A stretch of DNA of 64,000 bases, taken from an uncultured Eubacteriales bacterium. GTDB lineage: Bacteria; Bacillota; Clostridia; Oscillospirales; Acutalibacteraceae. A program made the translations under genes and the position numbers. The number at the start of each line of letters is the position of its first letter. The first letter of the stretch is position 1. Below are positions 59,095-64,000 of this stretch, one piece after another. The stretch covers positions 117,987-181,986 of the forward strand of contig CAKSPZ010000003.1 in assembly GCA_934486635.1 (NCBI GenBank), written 5' to 3'. Below the pieces are notes generated by a model. It worked only from the letters and a program-made list of their open reading frames with translations, had not been told where the DNA came from and did not search any database.

Positions 59095-59920
59095 ATAATT
59101 GACTCCCTCGCATCATTTCCCACATTATGATACCTGCAGCCATAGCTGCATTTATTGACTCTGCTTTTCCAAGCATTGGTATAGTAATCTTTTCAGAACA
59201 AGTATCTATAGTTTCTTTTTTTAGCCCATTACCTTCATTGCCAATAGCTATTGCCATCGATTCTTTGTAGTCAATACTTGTGATTGATTTTGTAAGTCTA
59301 TCCGGAACTGCTGCATATGTTTTTATATCTTTTGATTTTAAATCATTTATCGTTTCACAAATATTATTAGAAAAATATATATTTACCCTAAAAACTGCTC
59401 CCATACTTCCTCTTAAAACTTTTGTATTATAAATGTCACAGCAATCTTTTGACATAATTAAAGCACTAATACCAATTGCTTCTGCTGTTCTTATAATTGT
59501 CCCAAGGTTAGACGGATCTTGTATGTTTTCAAGTATAATAAATTTACCTACATTATTTATTTTATCCAAGCTAAATTGTTTGTCAAGTTCTTTACATACA
59601 CACACAATTCCTTGAGGATTTTTAGTATCTGATATTTCTTTTAATATATCTTTTGGTACTTTATATGATTTTTTAGACAATGCTATAATTTTTCTTATTT
59701 TTTCAAAGTCCTTTATTGATATTTCTTCTGTATAATAAGTTTCAGTTATATGCACTGAACTTAAAAAAGCATCATAACATAAACGTATGCCTTCTAAAAC
59801 AAAACTTTTTTCTTTTTTTCTAAAATTACTTGATGATATTAATTTTTTCACATATTTTATTTTTACATTGTCTTTACTTTTTATATCATAGTCCACATTA
59901 TCATCCCCACACTTATACAA
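59084..59920 (-). CDS. TrmH/SpoU-family RNA 2'-O-methyltransferase
   Basis: LENIQDPSNLGTIIRTAEA, IGNEGNGL and SINAAMAAGIIMWE motifs. The start is uncertain (TTG 59920 has no RBS; GTG 59896 follows GGGGA). Confidence 0.85.
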   Translation of the reverse strand: MYKCGDDNVDYDIKSKDNVKIKYVKKLISSSNFRKKEKSFVLEGIRLCYDAFLSSVHITETYYTEEISIKDFEKIRKIIALSKKSYKVPKDILKEISDTKNPQGIVCVCKELDKQFSLDKINNVGKFIILENIQDPSNLGTIIRTAEAIGISALIMSKDCCDIYNTKVLRGSMGAVFRVNIYFSNNICETINDLKSKDIKTYAAVPDRLTKSITSIDYKESMAIAIGNEGNGLKKETIDTCSEKITIPMLGKAESINAAMAAGIIMWEMMRGSQLYGL

Positions 59921-59981
59921 AACTCAGAAATTAATCTTTATTATCAACTTTAAAAATAAATTTTAATTTCTAATTTTTATA

Positions 59982-60021
59982 AAATACAAAAATATGCGCT
60001 TAGGAAAATCCCCAAGCGCAT
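59982..60021 (-). terminator. Rho-independent terminator after rplT
   Basis: Minus-strand 11-bp stem (ATGCGCTTGGG / CCTAAGCGCAT with one G-U pair) followed by ATTTTTGTATTTT. Confidence 0.75.
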
Positions 60022-60029
60022 CCGGAAAA

Positions 60030-60383
60030 TTATAACGCAGATTTTGCTTGATTTACAAGTGCTTTAAAAGCAGCTTCATCAGCAACTGCTATTTCTGCCA
60101 ACATTTTTCTATTAAGATTTACATTAGCTTTTTTCAAACCATTAATAAACGCAGAATAGCTAATACCGTTCATACGGCATGCTGCATTTATACGTGTAAT
60201 CCATAAGCGACGGAAATCACGTTTTTTATGTCTGCGTCCTATATAAGCATAATTGCCAGACTTCATAACGGCTTCTTTAGCCATTTTAAAATGTTTACTT
60301 TTTGCTCCCCAATATCCTTTAGCTAGCTTTAATGTTTTTTTCCTTCTTTTACGAGTAGCTAGCGCACCTTTTATACGTGCCAT
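60030..60383 (-). CDS. rplT: 50S ribosomal protein L20
   Basis: [29 protein letters not shown] is the canonical L20 sequence. Confidence 0.97.
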   Translation of the reverse strand: MARIKGALATRKRRKKTLKLAKGYWGAKSKHFKMAKEAVMKSGNYAYIGRRHKKRDFRRLWITRINAACRMNGISYSAFINGLKKANVNLNRKMLAEIAVADEAAFKALVNQAKSAL

Positions 60384-60415
60384 TTTTATTACCTCCGGTT
60401 AATGATTCTTTAAAT

Positions 60416-60613
60416 TTATTTATATGGAATTAATCTTTTTACTGCTACCACATTTGTTTTATCTGCAACAACTGTTTTCCTAAGACCTCTTTTACGTTTT
60501 GTTGTTTTTTTGTTTAAAATATGTGATTTATTAGCGTGTGCTCTTATAACTTTTCCGCTTCTTGAAAGCTTAAAACGTTTTTTAGCTCCGCTATGTGTTT
60601 TTATCTTTGGCAT
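60416..60613 (-). CDS. rpmI: 50S ribosomal protein L35
   Basis: [22 protein letters not shown] is the canonical L35 sequence. Confidence 0.97.
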   Translation of the reverse strand: MPKIKTHSGAKKRFKLSRSGKVIRAHANKSHILNKKTTKRKRGLRKTVVADKTNVVAVKRLIPYK

Positions 60614-60640
60614 TTTATGTTCCTCCTTAAATAATAGATG

Positions 60641-61159
60641 TTACTTGCTTGCCTTTGGTGCAAGGAACATTAACATATTGCGACCATCAAGTTTAGCCGG
60701 CTTTTCCACATTTGAAAACTCAGAACAATGTTCAGCAAATTTATTCATTATGTCATAACCAAGTTCCGGATGTCCCATTTCACGACCTCTAAATCGTATA
60801 GACACCTTTACCTTGTTACCATCACTTATAAACCTTGCAGCATGTTTAAGTTTTGTGTTAAAATCATGTGTATCTATGTTCAAAGAAAGTCTTATTTCCT
60901 TTAAATCCATTACACGTTGATTCTTTTTTGCTTCTTTTTCTCGTTTTGCTTGTTCAAAACGATACTTACCGTAGTCCATTATTTTGCATACAACAGGATT
61001 GGCCTGTGGTGCAATTTTAACTAAGTCGAGATTTTTTTCTGCTGCTAAATTAAGTGCTTTACTTATAGATACAACACCCAATTGAGTCCCATCAGAATCA
61101 ATTAATCTTAATTCTTTATCTCGTATTTCTTCGTTAATCTGTAGTTCCTTACTGCTAAT
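60641..61159 (-). CDS. infC: Translation initiation factor IF-3 (probable ATT start)
   Basis: ISSKELQINEEIRDKELRLIDSDG... matches the IF-3 N-terminus. GGAGG sits about 10 nt upstream of an in-frame ATT at 61157-61159. The upstream part of the track ORF (to 61228) covers leader RNA. Confidence 0.88.
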   Translation of the reverse strand: MSSKELQINEEIRDKELRLIDSDGTQLGVVSISKALNLAAEKNLDLVKIAPQANPVVCKIMDYGKYRFEQAKREKEAKKNQRVMDLKEIRLSLNIDTHDFNTKLKHAARFISDGNKVKVSIRFRGREMGHPELGYDIMNKFAEHCSEFSNVEKPAKLDGRNMLMFLAPKASK

Positions 61160-61345
61160 ACCTAACGCACCTCCAACAAATCTGTAAATTAACAAAGCAC
61201 AGGTAAAAAATACACCTGTGCACATCAATACTAAAGGTTATAAAACCACAATATTGACCCATACAGGATACCATAATAGGTGAGAGATTCAACCTCTACT
61301 TTGTTTTATGTGTTTAATTGTACTAAATTTACTTCAAAAAGTCAA
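61160..61345 (-). promoter_or_regulatory. infC operon promoter plus leader with a terminator-like attenuator (candidate L20-responsive leader)
   Basis: Minus-strand TTGACT (61340-61345)-17-TACAAT (61317-61322). The leader contains hairpin GCACAGGT / ACCTGTGC (61197-61221) followed by TTTGTT, just before the infC RBS. Confidence 0.5.
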
Positions 61346-61433
61346 TATATATTTTAAATTTATTTTCTTTTACGTAAACTATATTTTTTTATAAGATGTT
61401 ACAATATTATTATTAAATAAGTACAAAAAAGGA

Positions 61434-62657
61434 ATGATTGTTTTGGAAAAGGTAAATAAAAATAAAGGTGTTCTAAAGAAATTAATTTTGGCTTTACTTA
61501 TTGTATCATCATTATCAGCTTCTTTAGTTGTTATTAATACTAATGCTATTTGTAATGTTAAAAATTCGTGTTCGCATTTAAATATAAAAAAACTAAAAAC
61601 TAAAAATCAGCTTATCAACGGTCCTTGTTGGGCTTTTGCTAATATAGCTACTCTTGAAACCTTTCTAAATAAAAAAGGTTTATTAAATGAGAGTCTCTCA
61701 GAAAAGCATCTTTTATCCTGGGTTAACCAAGGTTCGTTTGATGATGGTTGGAACGTAAACATATGCGACGGAGGCAATTGCCAAATGGCAAATGCTTATT
61801 TCACATCAGGCTCTGGACCAGTATTCGAAAACAATTGTAAATATAATACACTTAACACTTCTTTTAATTCTTCTCTTGCTTCTTTAAAACCGCAATATTT
61901 AGTTAAAGGTATAAAAAAATTAAAAGTTGATACTGATTCAATAAAAGAAGCAATTTCTATGTATGGTGCAGTTACAGTATCTTATGCTGTTGACTCAGAA
62001 CACTATCACGCTGTTTCTTTAGTTGGTTGGAATGATAATGATAAAAATTGGATTGTAAAAGACAGTAGTAAAGAACCCAACTATGTTTTTTTGCCCTTTG
62101 ATAAAAAGTTTTTATACGCATATTGCATAACAGATGCTTGTAGATTTAATTCTAATCAAAAAATATACCAACATGATAAATATGGAGTATGTGGAGATTA
62201 TTCAAAAAATGATAAAATTATTGCTGCAAATGTTTTTGACTTTAACGGAAATGAATCACTTGATTCTATAATGCTTTATAGTCTATCTGCAAATGCTAAA
62301 ATCAATTTGTTTTTAGCACCGGTTTTAGACAATGGAACACCAAACCATGATACATCAACTTGGAAACCTTTGTATTCAGGAGTTGTTCCATACGAAGGTT
62401 ACTCTACTTTTTCGTTAAAAAACAAAATCAATTTAAATAAAGGAAAACAAGCAATAGTAGTTGAAATAAATAAAAACTTTAATTCAGAAAAACCTTCTTT
62501 AGGCTGTCAAATGCCAGTTAATAAGTTAAACCTAGGCAATGATAATTTACAACGTGGAAAAAGCTTTATTAATTATGATAATTCATTTTATGACATAAAA
62601 GACAGCAAACTAAATAATGTTTCAGCTTTTTCAATAAAAGCTATAACAAAAAAATAA
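61434..62657 (+). CDS. Secreted papain-family (C1) cysteine peptidase with a C-terminal ~170-aa accessory domain
   Basis: Signal anchor LILALLIVSSLSASLVV. Catalytic Cys motif NQLINGPCWAFA, His motif HYHAVSLVGWND and Asn-Trp (KNWIVKDS). The start may be TTG 61452 rather than ATG 61434. Confidence 0.8.
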   Translation: MIVLEKVNKNKGVLKKLILALLIVSSLSASLVVINTNAICNVKNSCSHLNIKKLKTKNQLINGPCWAFANIATLETFLNKKGLLNESLSEKHLLSWVNQGSFDDGWNVNICDGGNCQMANAYFTSGSGPVFENNCKYNTLNTSFNSSLASLKPQYLVKGIKKLKVDTDSIKEAISMYGAVTVSYAVDSEHYHAVSLVGWNDNDKNWIVKDSSKEPNYVFLPFDKKFLYAYCITDACRFNSNQKIYQHDKYGVCGDYSKNDKIIAANVFDFNGNESLDSIMLYSLSANAKINLFLAPVLDNGTPNHDTSTWKPLYSGVVPYEGYSTFSLKNKINLNKGKQAIVVEINKNFNSEKPSLGCQMPVNKLNLGNDNLQRGKSFINYDNSFYDIKDSKLNNVSAFSIKAITKK

Positions 62658-62660
62658 AAA

Positions 62661-62698
62661 TTAGCCTCTGAGTATTTCTCAGAGGCTAATTTGTTTTT
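62661..62698. terminator. Bidirectional terminator between convergent genes
   Basis: 12-bp stem TTAGCCTCTGAG / CTCAGAGGCTAA with a 5-nt loop, followed by TTTGTTTTT. Confidence 0.8.
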
Positions 62699-64000
62699 AT
62701 TCAAAATCTACATTCTCTGAAGCTTGTTTTTCATTATTGTTTTCATCCTCTAATGTAGCTTTTATTGAAAGGCTTACCTTATGGTCTTCAAAATTAATAT
62801 CTGTTATCATTGCTTTAATGTTTTGACCAATTGATAAAACATCTTGTGGTTTTTCGATTCTCTTATTTGAAATTTGAGAAATATGAATTAATCCATCTAT
62901 CCCAGGTAAAATTTTTGCAAATGCTCCAAAAGAAGTCATTCCAACTATTTTTACATCTACTATTGACCCTACAGGGTAATCATTTTTCAATTTTTCCCAT
63001 GGATTATCATTTTCATTTTTGTAATTTAAAGAAATTTTTCCAGTTTCTTTATTTATATCCTTTACTGTAACTTCTATTTCTTGACCGATTTTTAAAACTT
63101 CTGATGGATGTTTTATTCTATCCCATGATAAATCAGAAATATGAATCATTCCATCCATCGGTCCTAAATTTACAAAAGCACCATATGAAGTAAATGATTT
63201 AACAACACCTTTTCTTACTTGACCTATTTCTATTTCATTTAAAAACTTTTCAATTTTTTCTTTCTTTTCATCATTTAAAACAGAACGAATAGAACCAACT
63301 GCACGTCTACGATTTTTGTTTACTTCAATAATTCTAAATTTAACTTCTTTATTTTTTAAATCTTCTAATGATTCATTTCTTGATGCAGTTGCAAGTGAAG
63401 CTGGAACAAATACTCTTGTTCCTTCTGCAGCAACTATAACTCCACCCTTTATAATGTCTATAACTTTTCCAGTTAAAATGGTATTATCTTCGCTTGCTTT
63501 AACAATTTTGTTAAAACCATTAATTGCGTCAACGCGTTTCTTAGAAAGCATTATCGTTCCGTCTTGATCATTTGTACGCATAATTAAAAGTTCTATCTCG
63601 TCACCAATTTTCACCAAATCTTCTGGCCTTGCATTTGGGTCATTTGATAATTCTGAAGCTGGAACAAACCCCGCCTGTTTTCTTCCTACATCAACATAAA
63701 CTTCATTCGGAGCGATTCCAACAACTATTCCGCGTACCTTATCATCTGTATTTAAATTTTTTAAAGACTCCTCTAACATTTGCTCGAAATTCATTTCTTC
63801 ACCTAGATTTTTTTCATCATTTTTAATCATATCTTCCATTCTTTGTTTTACCTCCTCTATTATGCAAGCTGGTGTAGATGCACCCGCTGTAACACCTATA
63901 TACTTTGAATTTTTTATATCTTCTATAGATAAATCCTCTGACTTCTCTATGAAACATGATTTACAATTTTTTTTACAAACTGAAAAAAGCTTCTCTGTAT
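62697..64000 (-). CDS. ispH: Bifunctional IspH (4-hydroxy-3-methylbut-2-enyl diphosphate reductase) / ribosomal protein S1-domain fusion, C-terminal part; the 5' end lies beyond the window
   Basis: Four S1 repeats lie in 62697-63839. The frame stays open upstream of the track Met: ...KYIGVTAGASTPACIIEEVKQRMEDMIKND..., and GVTAGASTP is the conserved IspH C-terminal motif. Confidence 0.85.
   Translation of the reverse strand, partial: TEKLFSVCKKNCKSCFIEKSEDLSIEDIKNSKYIGVTAGASTPACIIEEVKQRMEDMIKNDEKNLGEEMNFEQMLEESLKNLNTDDKVRGIVVGIAPNEVYVDVGRKQAGFVPASELSNDPNARPEDLVKIGDEIELLIMRTNDQDGTIMLSKKRVDAINGFNKIVKASEDNTILTGKVIDIIKGGVIVAAEGTRVFVPASLATASRNESLEDLKNKEVKFRIIEVNKNRRRAVGSIRSVLNDEKKEKIEKFLNEIEIGQVRKGVVKSFTSYGAFVNLGPMDGMIHISDLSWDRIKHPSEVLKIGQEIEVTVKDINKETGKISLNYKNENDNPWEKLKNDYPVGSIVDVKIVGMTSFGAFAKILPGIDGLIHISQISNKRIEKPQDVLSIGQNIKAMITDINFEDHKVSLSIKATLEDENNNEKQASENVDFE

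Noticed and set aside
1-64000. Scanned for CRISPR arrays, tRNA/rRNA genes, IS elements, toxin-antitoxin pairs and defence-system hallmarks
   Set aside because: Intergenic gaps are short (mostly under 130 nt). No spaced direct repeats, tRNA T-arm-like sequences, transposase or nuclease/ATPase defence-gene candidates were seen. The reiterated CxxC modules in topA and the coiled-coil periodicity in smc are normal for those proteins.

Overview
This is a low-GC, densely packed chromosomal segment from an endospore-forming Firmicute (Clostridia-like). The spore-former call rests on spoIVB, spo0A, a gerA-type germinant receptor operon, cwlD, ylmC/ymxH and whiA. About 64 protein genes are supported. 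Most sit in well-known housekeeping synteny blocks. On the plus strand: rpsB-tsf-pyrH-frr-uppS-cdsA-dxr-rseP-ispG-polC, then efp, spoIVB-spo0A, and hprK-(PHP phosphatase)-murB-rapZ-whiA-cwlD-radA. On the minus strand: dprA-topA-trmFO-plsX-rnc-(radical SAM)-smc-ftsY-rdgB-yhbY-nadD-yqeK-rsfS-leuS-rpsU-yqeG-aroQ-pepP, then infC-rpmI-rplT, and an ispH-S1 fusion that runs off the right edge. I found no rRNA, tRNA, CRISPR array, transposase or prophage gene. rpsU (57 aa) and a truncated P-type ATPase at the left edge are missing from the ORF track and were found by manual translation. The observations most worth a second look are: (1) polC lacks the DEDDh proofreading exonuclease insertion, while its PHP domain seems to keep a full metal-ligand set; (2) a six-gene minus-strand operon (31.6-38.7 kb) combines a GDP-mannose to GDP-6-deoxyhexose branch with a Dpm1-like polyprenyl-phosphate glycosyl synthase and two polytopic membrane proteins, which suggests an extracytoplasmic glycosylation system with an unusual lipid-linked sugar; (3) a perfect 48-bp palindrome lies in the promoter-proximal gap next to a Xer-type recombinase gene; (4) the protein encoded after efp carries a (CDC)n cysteine-aspartate repeat tail. 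All family assignments come from motif recognition by eye. No HMM, BLAST or folding computation was possible.
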